Shown: piece by piece, positions 34,984-45,154 of the stretch
Layout of the letters: each line of letters starts with the position of its first letter
Numbering within the stretch: the first letter of the stretch is position 1
From: Myxococcota bacterium
GTDB lineage: Bacteria; Myxococcota_A; UBA796; CAJQPC01
Reading direction: 5' to 3'
DNA length: 49,853 nt
Assembly: GCA_036229005.1 (NCBI GenBank)
Contig: JAZAMN010000013.1
Location: forward strand, 1-49,853
Translations under genes and position numbers: made by a program
Notes under the pieces: model-generated
What the model saw: the letters and a program-made list of their open reading frames with translations, nothing else
What the model was told of the DNA's origin: nothing
Databases searched by the model: none

Positions 34984-35949
34984 TCAGATGGAGGCGGGCA
35001 GACGCCCGGCGTAAGGTTCGATCTGGATGCCCTGGTCCCCGCCGATCCAAGCGATCATCGGGGTGGGCGCGCTCCGGCCGCCGCGCAGCAGCTCCGGAGA
35101 AGGGAGGGCGGAGGACAGAGCCTGGAGGCGGGACCGACGCGTGGTCGTCCGCAGCTCCTGCTCTTCCCGCACGATGTGGCGGCCGATGCGAAGCTGGCTG
35201 GGCTGGAAGTCGAAGGCCATGACGATGCGCTGCTCGTCGCCCTCGGAGCCGGCGTGGACCATGCCCTTGAGGGCGCCCAGGACCACGATGTTGCCGCTGG
35301 CCACGAGCTGTGCCCCGGGGTTCACGTCCCCGAACACAGTGACGTCGCCGTTGAAGGAGACCGCCTGTCCGCTGCGGAGGCCGCGCTCCAGGGTGAGCTG
35401 CCGGCGCCCCTGGGGGCCGCTTTGCTCGGGCTCGTCGACCACCTGGACCTCGGTCGGGGTGGGCTCGGGCTCGCCATTGGGCTCCGCTTCGGTCTGCGCC
35501 AGCGTGTCCTCGCTGGTGGACTCCAGTGCCGGGGTGTCCGCGGGGGGAGAGGGCTCGGTGGTGGGCGCACGACGGGGGTACACCTTGAGCTTGAGCTCGC
35601 GCTCTGCATACCGGTGGAGGTGCTGCTCGGTGCAGTAGAGGCCCGTGACGCTGATCCCGAACTCGTCGCTGAGCACGTGCACCAGGCGGCGCAGGTCGAA
35701 GAGGTCGATGGGCCGGGTGGCCAGGTCCAGGCGGGCGTCCTTGCCGCGGAAGCGGTCGGGGGAGGCCGAGAAGAGCTCGCGGACGGCCTCGCGCAGCGCC
35801 TCGAAGGAGGCCTTGGGGTCCAGCGCCAGAAGGAGCACGCCGTCTTCGGCGCTCAGGGCCACGGTGGAGCGCTCGTTCAGCTCCTCTTCCGGCTTCTTTG
35901 CGTCGCTGGAGGAGGGGGCCGCGACAGGAGTCGGCTTTGGCTCTGCCAT
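34984..35949 (-). CDS. minC: septum site-determining protein MinC
   Basis: LRSGQ..GDVNPGA..A.GNIVVLGAL.G.VHAG..PSQLRIG. Confidence 0.92.
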   Translation of the reverse strand: MAEPKPTPVAAPSSSDAKKPEEELNERSTVALSAEDGVLLLALDPKASFEALREAVRELFSASPDRFRGKDARLDLATRPIDLFDLRRLVHVLSDEFGISVTGLYCTEQHLHRYAERELKLKVYPRRAPTTEPSPPADTPALESTSEDTLAQTEAEPNGEPEPTPTEVQVVDEPEQSGPQGRRQLTLERGLRSGQAVSFNGDVTVFGDVNPGAQLVASGNIVVLGALKGMVHAGSEGDEQRIVMAFDFQPSQLRIGRHIVREEQELRTTTRRSRLQALSSALPSPELLRGGRSAPTPMIAWIGGDQGIQIEPYAGRLPASI

Positions 35950-36215
35950 GTGGGTCGCTCGACGATGGAAGGGAGGAGGGGAGGGGTGAGATGTGTGGAA
36001 AGGGGGGAGGGATCCACGTCTCTCGGGGGGTGAGGTGTGTGTACCACGCCCTCAGATCTTGCCGCAAGGGAAAACTTGGCATGTCAAGACTTACAGCGAG
36101 GACAGGCTATGCACCGCCGCGCGTGGGCGCAAGCTGGCGCGGGGATCGGGCCGCAACCCGGGGGCTGTCCTGGCGTCAAGGATCCGATACACACCGCCCC
36201 CAAAGGAGGCCCGTC

Positions 36216-36473
36216 ATGGCTACGGTCCGCATCTACACCGCCGTCCCCTGCGCCTACTGCAGCGCCGCAAAGCGCTACTTCCAGGGCCGCGAGATCCCCT
36301 ACGAGGAGATCGATCTCACCGGCAACAGCGACGCCCGCATCGAGCTGATGCAGAAGACCGGGCAGCGCACGGTGCCCCAGATCTTCATCGGAGAGACCCA
36401 CGTGGGCGGCTACACCGACCTGCTCGCCCTGGACCAGAAGGGCCAGGTCGACCCCCTGCTGGAGAGCGCGTGA
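36216..36473 (+). CDS. grxC: dithiol glutaredoxin (Grx3-like)
   Basis: CAYC, TVPQIFIG..VGG, AAAGGAGG RBS. Confidence 0.88.
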   Translation: MATVRIYTAVPCAYCSAAKRYFQGREIPYEEIDLTGNSDARIELMQKTGQRTVPQIFIGETHVGGYTDLLALDQKGQVDPLLESA

Positions 36474-37615
36474 AGCTGCAGCGCCTGCCCCTGAACCGGG
36501 ACGCCGCCAAGGCGGTCTCGCAAGGCCACCCCTGGGTCTACCGGGACGGTGTGCGGGGCTCTGCGCCGGTGGGCTCTCCCATCGGTCTGGAGGACCACAA
36601 GGGGCGCATCAAGGCCTTTGGGCTCTTTGATGAGGGGCCCATCGCGGTCCGGGTGCTGGGGAGCGAGGTCCAGGAGCTGCCGGCGCTGATCAAGCGCCGC
36701 GTGCAGGCCGCCGACCGCTTCCGCTTTCAGGTCGTGGGCGGGCACACGGACACCTGGCGCGTGATCAACGGCGCCGGTGACGGGCTCCCCGGCGTGGTCG
36801 TGGATCGCTACGACTCCCTGGCGGTGCTCCGCCTCTACTCCAAGGCCTGGGAGCCGCACCTGGAGCTGCTGGTCAAGGCGCTCTCCGAGCTGCCCTGGGT
36901 GGGCTCCGTGCTGCGTCGGCTGGGGGTGCGTTCGGTCGATGGGCGCAAGGGCAGCGAGCTGCTGTTCGGCCCGGACCCCGGCGACGGACTGGTCGTCCAC
37001 GAGCACGGCATCAAGCTGCTGGTCCGGCCCCACCACGGGCAGAAGACCGGGCTCTTCCTGGACCAGCGCGAGAACCGGCGCAGGGTGGGGGAGCTGGCCC
37101 CCGGTCGGCGGGTGGTCAACCTGTTCGGCTACAACGGCGGGTTCTCGATCTACGCCGCGATGGCGGGGGCGGCGCGCGTGGAGACCGTCGACATCTCGGC
37201 GCCCGCGCTGGAGGACGCCAAGGAGATCTTCAGGCTCAATGGCCTGGATCCGCGGCAGCACGGCTTTTTGGCGACCGACGTGTTCACCTGGACCCCCAAG
37301 GGCCGGCCGGACCTGCTGATCTGCGACCCGCCCAGCCTCACCCACGGCAAGCAGTCGGACCAGGCCGCGCGCAGGGCCTATCGGGATCTGGCCGCCAAGG
37401 TCGGGCCCCAGGTCTCCAGCGAGGGGCTGTTGGCCACCGCGAGCTGCACGGCGCGGCTGACGCGGGGGCAGTGGGAGAAGGCCATCGCCGAGGGGCTCGC
37501 TGAGAGTGGTCCCTGGTCCTGGCTGGAGGGGGCTGGGGCCCCGGCGGACCACCCCGTCGCGCTGGCCCACAGCGAGGGGCGCTACCTCAAGTTCGCGGTG
37601 CTCCGCCGGCGCTGA
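36470..37615 (+). CDS. RlmI-like SAM-dependent rRNA methyltransferase
   Basis: GHPWVY, GDGLPGVVVDRY, GQKTGLFLDQRENR, DPPS, YLK. GTGA overlap with grxC. Confidence 0.9.
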   Translation: MKLQRLPLNRDAAKAVSQGHPWVYRDGVRGSAPVGSPIGLEDHKGRIKAFGLFDEGPIAVRVLGSEVQELPALIKRRVQAADRFRFQVVGGHTDTWRVINGAGDGLPGVVVDRYDSLAVLRLYSKAWEPHLELLVKALSELPWVGSVLRRLGVRSVDGRKGSELLFGPDPGDGLVVHEHGIKLLVRPHHGQKTGLFLDQRENRRRVGELAPGRRVVNLFGYNGGFSIYAAMAGAARVETVDISAPALEDAKEIFRLNGLDPRQHGFLATDVFTWTPKGRPDLLICDPPSLTHGKQSDQAARRAYRDLAAKVGPQVSSEGLLATASCTARLTRGQWEKAIAEGLAESGPWSWLEGAGAPADHPVALAHSEGRYLKFAVLRRR

Positions 37616-37882
37616 TCGGGCCTCGGTCCTGGCCTTGACGCCGGGTGGCTGGCGTGTGACGGAGAACTCCTCTGCTTTCGTCCTCGCATCGTCGGGGACA
37701 CCCGAATCGGACCGTCCAGCGGTCAGGTGATTGCCTGAAACCCTGGGTGGAACCTCAACTTTCAAATCGGACGCTCCCGGCGTTTGGCCCTGTGGAAGAT
37801 CCCCTGATCCCACCTGATGCCCGCCCCCAGGCCCCCCTGCGCGAACGCGCGGCGGACCGATCCGCGTCCAATGGAGCCCTTC

Positions 37883-39400
37883 GTGCCTTCGGAGATCATC
37901 GTCAACACCACGGGTCGCGAGACACGCGTGGCCCTGATGGAGAACAACCAGCTCGCTGAGTTCCACATCGATCGCGGTCGGGACCGCGGCTATGTCGGGA
38001 ACACCTACAAGGGGCGCGTCGTGCGCGTCCTCCCCGGTATGCAGGCAGCGTTCGTGGACATCGGTCTGGAGCGCGCCGCGTTCCTGTACGTGGGCGACAT
38101 CTACCCGGAGTTCCTGGACATGCCGAACCCGGAGCCCAGCTCTCCGGATGAGACCGTGGTGGAAGAGGGACCCCGGAACCGGCCGCGGCAGGGCCAGCCC
38201 GCCATCCAGGACCTCATCAAGGAGGGCCAGGAGATCGTGGTCCAGGTCGCCAAGGACCCCATCGGGACCAAGGGCGCGCGCCTGACCACCCACATCACCC
38301 TCCCGGGCCGCTACATCGTGTTCATGCCCACGGTGGAGCACGTCGGCATCTCCCGCCGCATCGACAAGGACAAGGAGCGCCGCCGGCTCCGCGAGTTCGT
38401 GGACAAGCACCGCCCCAAGGGCGCCGGCTTCATCGTGCGGACCGTGTGCGCGGGCCAGCCCGAGAAGATCCTGCAGCAGGACATGAACTACCTGCTGAGC
38501 ACCTGGGAGAAGATCCAGAGCGGCGCCAAGGACGGCAAGGCCCCCAAGCTGCTCCACGCCGACTACAGCCTGGTGGTGCGCTTCCTGCGCGACAACCTCA
38601 ACGATGACGTGCACCGCATCGTCGTCGACTCCCGCAAGGTGTTCGACGAGATCATGGACTTCATGTCCGGCTTCATGCCCAAGTGGAAGGAGCGGGTGCA
38701 CCTCTACAAGGGCAAGGAGCCCGTGTTCGACGTCTACGGCGTCGAGACCGAGATCTCCCGGTCCACCGGCCGCAAGGTCTGGCTCAAGAGCGGCGGCTAC
38801 CTGATCATCGATCAGACCGAGGCGCTCACCGCCATCGACATCAACTCGGGCAAGTACGTGGGCAGCTCCTCGCTGGAGGAGACCACCACCAAGATCAACA
38901 TGGAGGCGGTCAAGGAGATCGTCTACCAGCTCCGCCTGCGCAACATCGGTGGCCTCGTCATCATCGACTTCATCGACATGGACAAGGAGGCCAACCGCGA
39001 GAAGGTGTACCGCGCGATGGAGGAGGAGGTCCGCCGCGACAAGGCCCGGACCAACGTCCTCAAGATCTCCGAGCTCGGCCTGGTGGAGATGACCCGCAAG
39101 CGCGTGCAGGAGGACCTGACCCGCTTCTTGACCGAGCCCTGCTTCTACTGCGGCGGCAACGGCCACCTGCGCTCCCGCGAGACCGTCTGCTTCGACATCT
39201 TCCGCGAGGTCCAGCGCGAGGCCGCCCGCCACCCCAAGCGGGAGACGGTCTACATCAACTGCCACCCCCGGGTCGCGGACATGCTCTACGGCGAAGAGTA
39301 CGAGACCCTGGACAACTTCGAGCGTCAGGTGGACAAGCACATGGTCGTCCGGGCCATGGCCTCGTACCACCTGGAGCGCTTCGAGGTCTACTCCCGCTAG
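37883..39400 (+). CDS. Rne/Rng family ribonuclease (RNase G-sized)
   Basis: GNTYKGRV..PGMQAAFVDIG, KDPIGTKGARLT, AIDINSG, RNIGGLVIIDFIDM, CxxC. GTG after GGAG; alternative ATG at 37871. Confidence 0.95.
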   Translation: MPSEIIVNTTGRETRVALMENNQLAEFHIDRGRDRGYVGNTYKGRVVRVLPGMQAAFVDIGLERAAFLYVGDIYPEFLDMPNPEPSSPDETVVEEGPRNRPRQGQPAIQDLIKEGQEIVVQVAKDPIGTKGARLTTHITLPGRYIVFMPTVEHVGISRRIDKDKERRRLREFVDKHRPKGAGFIVRTVCAGQPEKILQQDMNYLLSTWEKIQSGAKDGKAPKLLHADYSLVVRFLRDNLNDDVHRIVVDSRKVFDEIMDFMSGFMPKWKERVHLYKGKEPVFDVYGVETEISRSTGRKVWLKSGGYLIIDQTEALTAIDINSGKYVGSSSLEETTTKINMEAVKEIVYQLRLRNIGGLVIIDFIDMDKEANREKVYRAMEEEVRRDKARTNVLKISELGLVEMTRKRVQEDLTRFLTEPCFYCGGNGHLRSRETVCFDIFREVQREAARHPKRETVYINCHPRVADMLYGEEYETLDNFERQVDKHMVVRAMASYHLERFEVYSR

Positions 39401-39406
39401 GGCCCC

Positions 39407-40183
39407 ATGAGCGCGTTTCTGACCAAGCTCCGGAACACCTTCATCGCGGGGCTCGCGGTGCTGTTCCCCTTGGGCGTGACCATCTGGGTGGTGGTCAAGG
39501 TCATCGGGCTCATCGACTCCATCCTGGACATCCTCCCGGACGGCGTCCACCCCGAGCACCTGCTGGACATGGAGCTCCCCGGCCTGGGGGTGCTGCTTGC
39601 CTGCATCGCGGTGCTCAGCGTGGGCGCGGCCATGCGCTACTACGTGGGCCGCCGCGTGGTCGAGTTCATGGAGGACATCCTGCTGCGGGTGCCCCTGCTC
39701 TCGGGCATCTACCAGGGCCTCAAGAAGCTCTTCGACACGCTCTTTGGCGAAGAGGGCATGAAGTTCCGCCAGGTGGTGATGGTGGAGTACCCACGCCGGG
39801 GGGCCTGGGCCATCGCCTTCCTCACCGGAGAGGCCCCCTGGGTGCGCGCCCCCCAGGAGATGGACGGAGAGACCCCGCTCTCCATCTTCCTGCCCAGCAC
39901 GCCCAACCCCACCACCGGCTTCTACATGGTGATCCCCGCCAAGGATGTGCGCCGCGTGGACATCTCGGTCGAAGAGGCCTTCAAGATCATCATGTCGGCC
40001 GGCATCGTGCACCCCGACCGCAAGGTCGACTGGCGCCCCGTAGAGCTGGATCAACTTCCGCCGCCGGTGGAGCCCATCCGGGACGCCGGGCTGGAGGAGA
40101 CGGTGGATCTCGCCCTGGCGGACCTGGACCCAGAGCCCCAGCCGGCCCAGGAGCGCAGCCCGTCGGACGTCCGGGATGACTAG
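39407..40183 (+). CDS. DUF502 family membrane protein
   Basis: FIAGL..P..T, VEYPRRG, FLPSTPNPTTGF, EEAFKIIMSAG. Confidence 0.88.
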   Translation: MSAFLTKLRNTFIAGLAVLFPLGVTIWVVVKVIGLIDSILDILPDGVHPEHLLDMELPGLGVLLACIAVLSVGAAMRYYVGRRVVEFMEDILLRVPLLSGIYQGLKKLFDTLFGEEGMKFRQVVMVEYPRRGAWAIAFLTGEAPWVRAPQEMDGETPLSIFLPSTPNPTTGFYMVIPAKDVRRVDISVEEAFKIIMSAGIVHPDRKVDWRPVELDQLPPPVEPIRDAGLEETVDLALADLDPEPQPAQERSPSDVRDD

Positions 40184-42317
40184 GGACCACCTGGACGGAG
40201 AGCTGGTCAGCTTCAGCTTCATGGCCGAGGACGGCTCCTTCGCGGTCGCGCGGGTCAAGAACGCCCAGGGCAGCCACACCGTGGTCGGGCCCCTGGGGCA
40301 CCTGCACGAGGGCGTGCACCTCAGCCTCAAGGGCCGCTGGGAGCGCCACCCCAAGTTCGGCCGCCGCTTCAAGGTCGCCGAGATGCTGGTCGACGACCCC
40401 CGCAGCCTCAGCGGTCTGCAGAAGTACCTGGCCTCCGGGGCGGTCCCCGGCTTTGGGGAGGAGCTGGCGAGGAGGGCGGTGGAGGCCTTCGGACTTCAGC
40501 TCCTCACCGTCCTGGACCAGAACCCCCGCGAGCTCCTCGAGGTCAAGGGCATCGGCGAGCAGAGGCTGGAGAAGATCATCGCCCACTGGGAGGCGGACAA
40601 GGTGGGCCGAGAGGTCTCCGTGCTGCTCCAGGGGCACGGGCTGGGGCCCTCCGTCGTAAACCGCGTGGTCGACCGCTACGGCGAGCGCGCCATGGCCATC
40701 GTCAGCAGCGACCCCTACCGGCTGGCCGCGGAGATCCCGGGGGTCGCCTTCAGGACCGCGGACCAGATCGCCCGCGCTGTGGGCATCGACGCCCAGGACG
40801 CCCGCCGCGCCAACGCCGCCGTGCGCTGGCTCATCCTGGAGGCCGAGGGGGAGGGGCACTGCTTCTTGCCCCAGTCCGAGCTGGAGACCCGCGCCGCCGA
40901 CCTGGGCCTGAGCGCGGACGCCGTCGTGCGCGCCGTCCAGGACCTGCTCCTCAAGGGGCGCGTGGTCCGGCGGGTGAGCGGTCGGGAGTCGCGGATCTAC
41001 CGGGCCGCGATGGCCCGGAGGGAGGACCTGGTCGCCAAGGCGCTCGCCGCGCGGGCGGCCTCCCACAGCAGCGTCGGCGGGGCCCTCCAGCGGGCCGAGA
41101 AGCAGGTGGGCCTGGAGCTCAACAGCGATCAGCGAAAGGCCGTCACCACCGCCCTGGAGCACGGCGTCGCGGTGATCACCGGGGGCCCGGGAACCGGCAA
41201 GACCACCATCGTGCGCGTGCTCATGGCGGCGGCCTCCGGGCGGCGGGAGAAGTGGGCGCTGTGTGCCCCCACGGGCCGGGCTGCGCGCCGCCTGCAGGAG
41301 AGCTGCGGCCAGGAGGGCAAGACCCTGCACCGGCTGCTGGAGTACTCCATGCAGGCCCAGGGATTCCTGCGGAACGCCGACAAGCCCCTGGAGCTGGACG
41401 GCGTGCTGGTGGACGAGGCCTCCATGCTGGATCTCGCTCTGATGGAGGCCCTGCTCGACGCGCTCCCGCCCAACGCGCGTTTGGTGCTGGTGGGGGACAG
41501 CGACCAGCTCCCCAGCGTGGGCGCCGGTCAGGTGCTCGCGGACTGCATCTCCTGCGGGCACCTGCCCGTGGCCACCCTCCATCAGGTCTACCGGCAGGCC
41601 CAGGACTCCGGCATCGTGCGGAACGCTTGGCGCGTGCAGCGGGGCGAGCTCCCCATCTCCAGCGAGAAGGAGCCCGACGCCGGCCGCAGCGACTTCTACC
41701 TGGTGCCCCGGATGGGCGCGCAGGCCGCACACCAGACGCTCCTCGCCGTCACCACGAAGCGGCTCCCGTCGCTCGGCTTCGACCCGCTTGAGGAGGTGCA
41801 GATCCTGACCCCGATGCACAAGGGTCCCCTCGGCTCCCGGGCCCTCAACGAGCTGCTCCAGGACGCGCTGAACCCTGGCGGCGAGCCCTTCACGCGCGGG
41901 AGCAAGACCCTGCGGGTGGGGGACCGCGTCATCCAGACCCGGAACGACTACGACAACGACATCTTCAACGGAGACGTCGGGCGCGTGGTGGGCCTGGCCA
42001 GCGGCGGGGTGGAGGTCAGCTTCGACGGGCGGCGGGTCGCGCTGGTGGGGGAGCAGATCGACCAGCTCGAGCTGGCCTACGCCATCTCCATCCACAAGAG
42101 CCAGGGCAGCGAGTACCCGGCGGTGGTGGTGGTGCTGGACACCGCGCACTTTGTGATGCTGCGCCGAAACCTCGTCTACACGGCCATGACCCGCGCTCAG
42201 CGCTTCTGCGCCATCCTGGGGCACCCCCGGGCGCTGCGGCTCGCGGTGGAGCAGGAGGCGGCGACACAGAGGTATACGGGCCTGTCGGAACACCTCGCGG
42301 AACTGCTCGGCGCCTGA
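40176..42317 (+). CDS. recD2: ATP-dependent RecD-like (RecD2) helicase
   Basis: HhH region, GGPGTGKT, APTGRAA, DEASM, QLPSVG, YAISIHKSQGSE, YTAMTRA. Confidence 0.93.
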   Translation: MTRDHLDGELVSFSFMAEDGSFAVARVKNAQGSHTVVGPLGHLHEGVHLSLKGRWERHPKFGRRFKVAEMLVDDPRSLSGLQKYLASGAVPGFGEELARRAVEAFGLQLLTVLDQNPRELLEVKGIGEQRLEKIIAHWEADKVGREVSVLLQGHGLGPSVVNRVVDRYGERAMAIVSSDPYRLAAEIPGVAFRTADQIARAVGIDAQDARRANAAVRWLILEAEGEGHCFLPQSELETRAADLGLSADAVVRAVQDLLLKGRVVRRVSGRESRIYRAAMARREDLVAKALAARAASHSSVGGALQRAEKQVGLELNSDQRKAVTTALEHGVAVITGGPGTGKTTIVRVLMAAASGRREKWALCAPTGRAARRLQESCGQEGKTLHRLLEYSMQAQGFLRNADKPLELDGVLVDEASMLDLALMEALLDALPPNARLVLVGDSDQLPSVGAGQVLADCISCGHLPVATLHQVYRQAQDSGIVRNAWRVQRGELPISSEKEPDAGRSDFYLVPRMGAQAAHQTLLAVTTKRLPSLGFDPLEEVQILTPMHKGPLGSRALNELLQDALNPGGEPFTRGSKTLRVGDRVIQTRNDYDNDIFNGDVGRVVGLASGGVEVSFDGRRVALVGEQIDQLELAYAISIHKSQGSEYPAVVVVLDTAHFVMLRRNLVYTAMTRAQRFCAILGHPRALRLAVEQEAATQRYTGLSEHLAELLGA

Positions 42318-42354
42318 CACCCTGTTATCAGCGCCTGCCGCCCCCGAGGTCACC

Positions 42355-43500
42355 ATGGCCAAGCCCCCCGTTCGCTCCCGCGTCTACAAAGAAGACGACG
42401 GCCGCATCGACATCAAGAGCCTCTCCCTGGAGCAGCTCCAGGAGCAGATGCTCGCGCTGGGACACCCCAAGTACCGCGCGCTCCAGGTCTACAAGTGGGT
42501 CTGGCAGCGGGGGGTGCAGTCCTTTGATGAGATGACCAACGTCTCCAAGGACGCCCGGCGCAGCCTGGCCGAGCACTTCGTCATCAACTTCCTGGACTCG
42601 GCCATGGTGCTGGACTCCAGCGACGGCACCAAGAAGTTCGTCTGGGCCTTGCCCGACGGCAGCCACATCGAGTCCGTGCTCATCCCGGACCGGGGCAACG
42701 AGACCAGCCGCCCGCGCATGACCCTGTGCATGAGCTCGCAGGTGGGCTGCGCGATGAGCTGCCGCTTCTGCCTGACCGGCGATCTGGGCCTCAAGCGGAA
42801 CCTGCGCCCCAGCGAGATCGCCAACCAGGCGCTGCAGGTGCAGCAGGCCCTGGGAGAGGACGAGCGCATCACCAACCTGGTGTTCATGGGCATGGGCGAG
42901 CCCCTGCACAACCTGAGCAACCTTGTGACCTCCCTCAAGGTGCTGCTGGACGAGCAGGCGCTGAACTACTCGCACCGCAAGGTCACCGTCTCCACGGTGG
43001 GCCTGGTCCCCCAGATGGCCAAGCTCGCGGCGGCCACCCCGGTCAACCTGGCGGTCTCCCTGAACGCCACGACGGAAGAGACCCGCAGCGACACCATGCC
43101 CATCACCAAGCGCTACTCCCTGGAGCGCCTGATGGAGGGCTGCCGGGAGTTCCCGCTGCCCCACGCCAAGCGCATCACCTTCGAGTACGTGATGATGCAC
43201 GGCTTCAACGACTCGATGGACGACGCCGCGCGCCTGGTCAAGCTGATGCGCGGCCAGAAGGCCAAGGTCAACCTGATCCCCTACAACGAGAACCCCCAGC
43301 GGCCCGACATCAAGCGGCCGCCCGATGACCACGTCAAGCGCTTCCAGCACTACATGGTCAGCCGGGGCATCCAGTGCTCGATCCGCACCACCCGGGGCAT
43401 CGACATCTCCGCCGCCTGCGGGCAGCTCGGCAAGTCCACCCCCGGCGAGCGCATCCAGGAGGCCGGGGGCGAGCACGCCACCCTGAGCCTGGAGGCCTGA
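42355..43500 (+). CDS. rlmN: 23S rRNA/tRNA m2A radical-SAM methyltransferase
   Basis: SSQVGCAMSCRFC, MGMGEP, NLIPYN, AACGQL. Confidence 0.95.
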   Translation: MAKPPVRSRVYKEDDGRIDIKSLSLEQLQEQMLALGHPKYRALQVYKWVWQRGVQSFDEMTNVSKDARRSLAEHFVINFLDSAMVLDSSDGTKKFVWALPDGSHIESVLIPDRGNETSRPRMTLCMSSQVGCAMSCRFCLTGDLGLKRNLRPSEIANQALQVQQALGEDERITNLVFMGMGEPLHNLSNLVTSLKVLLDEQALNYSHRKVTVSTVGLVPQMAKLAAATPVNLAVSLNATTEETRSDTMPITKRYSLERLMEGCREFPLPHAKRITFEYVMMHGFNDSMDDAARLVKLMRGQKAKVNLIPYNENPQRPDIKRPPDDHVKRFQHYMVSRGIQCSIRTTRGIDISAACGQLGKSTPGERIQEAGGEHATLSLEA

Positions 43501-43542
43501 TAGGCTCTCTCTGGCCACCCACCACCCAAGGACACTTCCCGC

Positions 43543-44406
43543 ATGAGCACCCGCATCGGCGTCATCGGAGGCAGCGGCCTCTACGAGATCGACGGCCTCA
43601 CCAACATCGCCGAGACCCGCTTCGACACGCCCTTCGGCCCCACCTCGGACGCCTTCATCACCGGCACCCTGGGGGACGCGGAGCTCGTGTTCCTGCCCCG
43701 ACACGGCCGCGGGCACGTCCTCAACCCCAGCGAGGTGCCCTACCGCGCCAACATCTGGGGCATGAAGCGCCTGGGCGTGGACTGGATCGTCTCCGTGAGC
43801 GCCGTTGGCTCCCTCCAGGAGGAGATCGTCCCCGGCCACATGGTCATCATCGACCAGTTCATCGACCGCACCAAGAGCGTGCGCCCGGTGACCTTCTACG
43901 AGCAGGGTGTGGTCGGCCACGTGGGCTTCGCGGACCCCATCTGCGAGACCCTGCGCGGCTACCTGCTGGAGGCCGCCAACGAGTCGGACGCCACCGTGCA
44001 CGACCGCGGCACCTACGTCTGCATGGAGGGCCCCCAGTTCTCCACCCGCGCGGAGTCCCACCTGTACCGGTCCTGGGGTGCCAAGGTCATCGGCATGACC
44101 AACGTCACCGAGGCCAAGCTCGCCCGGGAGGCGGAGATCTCCTACGCCACGCTCGCGATGTCCACCGACTACGACTGCTGGCACGACGGCCACGACGCAG
44201 TGACGGTGGAAGCCGTCGTCGAGGTCATCAAGGCCAACGTCTCCAACGCCCGCGACATCATCGCCCGGGTGGTCCCCAAGATCGCCGCGCACCAGGGCCC
44301 GCTGCCCCAGGACGGCGTCATGCGCCACGCGGTGATGACCTCTGCGAGCCACCTGCACCCCGAGGCGGTGGCCCGCGTGAACCTGCTGATCGGCAAGTAC
44401 CTCTGA
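43543..44406 (+). CDS. mtnP: S-methyl-5'-thioadenosine phosphorylase
   Basis: GVIGGSG, RHG..H, ANIW, EGPQFSTRAES, GMT, TDYDCW. Confidence 0.93.
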   Translation: MSTRIGVIGGSGLYEIDGLTNIAETRFDTPFGPTSDAFITGTLGDAELVFLPRHGRGHVLNPSEVPYRANIWGMKRLGVDWIVSVSAVGSLQEEIVPGHMVIIDQFIDRTKSVRPVTFYEQGVVGHVGFADPICETLRGYLLEAANESDATVHDRGTYVCMEGPQFSTRAESHLYRSWGAKVIGMTNVTEAKLAREAEISYATLAMSTDYDCWHDGHDAVTVEAVVEVIKANVSNARDIIARVVPKIAAHQGPLPQDGVMRHAVMTSASHLHPEAVARVNLLIGKYL

Positions 44407-44416
44407 GGAGGCCTCC

Positions 44417-45154
44417 ATGTTCCCCTTGTTGTTGTCGCTGGTGATGGGCCCTGGCTGCGTGAGCGCCAAGCGGGCGCAGAAGTCCGCTGTGCGCACGGAG
44501 CTGGGCTACGCCTACTTCAACGAGGGGAGCACGGAGCTGGCGATCGAGACGCTGCAGGACGCCACCGACCTGGACCGGCGCAACCCCGCCGCCTGGCACT
44601 ACCTGGCCCTCTCGCTGGTCAAGCGGGGCGCGCACGAGGACGCCGAGGAGGCCTTCAAGCGGGCCATCCGCCTGGACCCCGAGGACGCCGCGATCCGCCT
44701 GAACTACGCCTACCTGCTGCAGAAGCTGGGCCGGAACGCCGAGGCCATCGAGCAGCTCGAGGTCGCCCGCAAGGACCTGACCTACACCCAGCCGGCCAAG
44801 GTGCTGAACAACCTGGGCATGGCCTACCTGGCCGAGGGGCGCACCGACGAGTCCGTGGCCGCGCTCTCCGAGGCGGTCTACCGGCAGCCCAACTTCTGCG
44901 CCGCCCGCTACAACCTGGGGCTGGCCTTGTCCGAGGCCCAGCAGGCCGCCCGCTCCGTGGACGTGCTGGATGAGCTGCAGCTCGTGTGTCCGGACGCGTT
45001 CCCCGAGGGGGAGCTGCTGCGCGGCAACATGCTCATCACCATGGGCCGCATGGAGGAGGGGGCGATGGTGCTCCAGCTCACCGCGGACAAGTACCCGGGC
45101 ACCCCGGTCTCCGCGCAGGCCCTGTCTTCTCTGGACGCGGCGGGGATGCGGTGA
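44417..45154 (+). CDS. TPR lipoprotein, Tgl/PilF(PilW)-type pilotin
   Basis: Lipobox-like GPGC, TPRs with YxxP..NNLG and NFC..C. The rlmN-proximal position is typical of pilF. Confidence 0.75.
   Translation: MFPLLLSLVMGPGCVSAKRAQKSAVRTELGYAYFNEGSTELAIETLQDATDLDRRNPAAWHYLALSLVKRGAHEDAEEAFKRAIRLDPEDAAIRLNYAYLLQKLGRNAEAIEQLEVARKDLTYTQPAKVLNNLGMAYLAEGRTDESVAALSEAVYRQPNFCAARYNLGLALSEAQQAARSVDVLDELQLVCPDAFPEGELLRGNMLITMGRMEEGAMVLQLTADKYPGTPVSAQALSSLDAAGMR

Noticed and set aside
36169..37645. Inverted GGCGTCAAGG / CCTTGACGCC flanking grxC-rlmI
   Set aside because: More simply explained as two outward-facing TTGACG -35-like boxes. No mobility gene.
36410..40372. 1320-aa minus-strand ORF (likewise 42328-44496 and other long overlapping ORFs)
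   Set aside because: Antisense to well-supported rlmI-like, rne/rng, DUF502, rlmN and mtnP genes.
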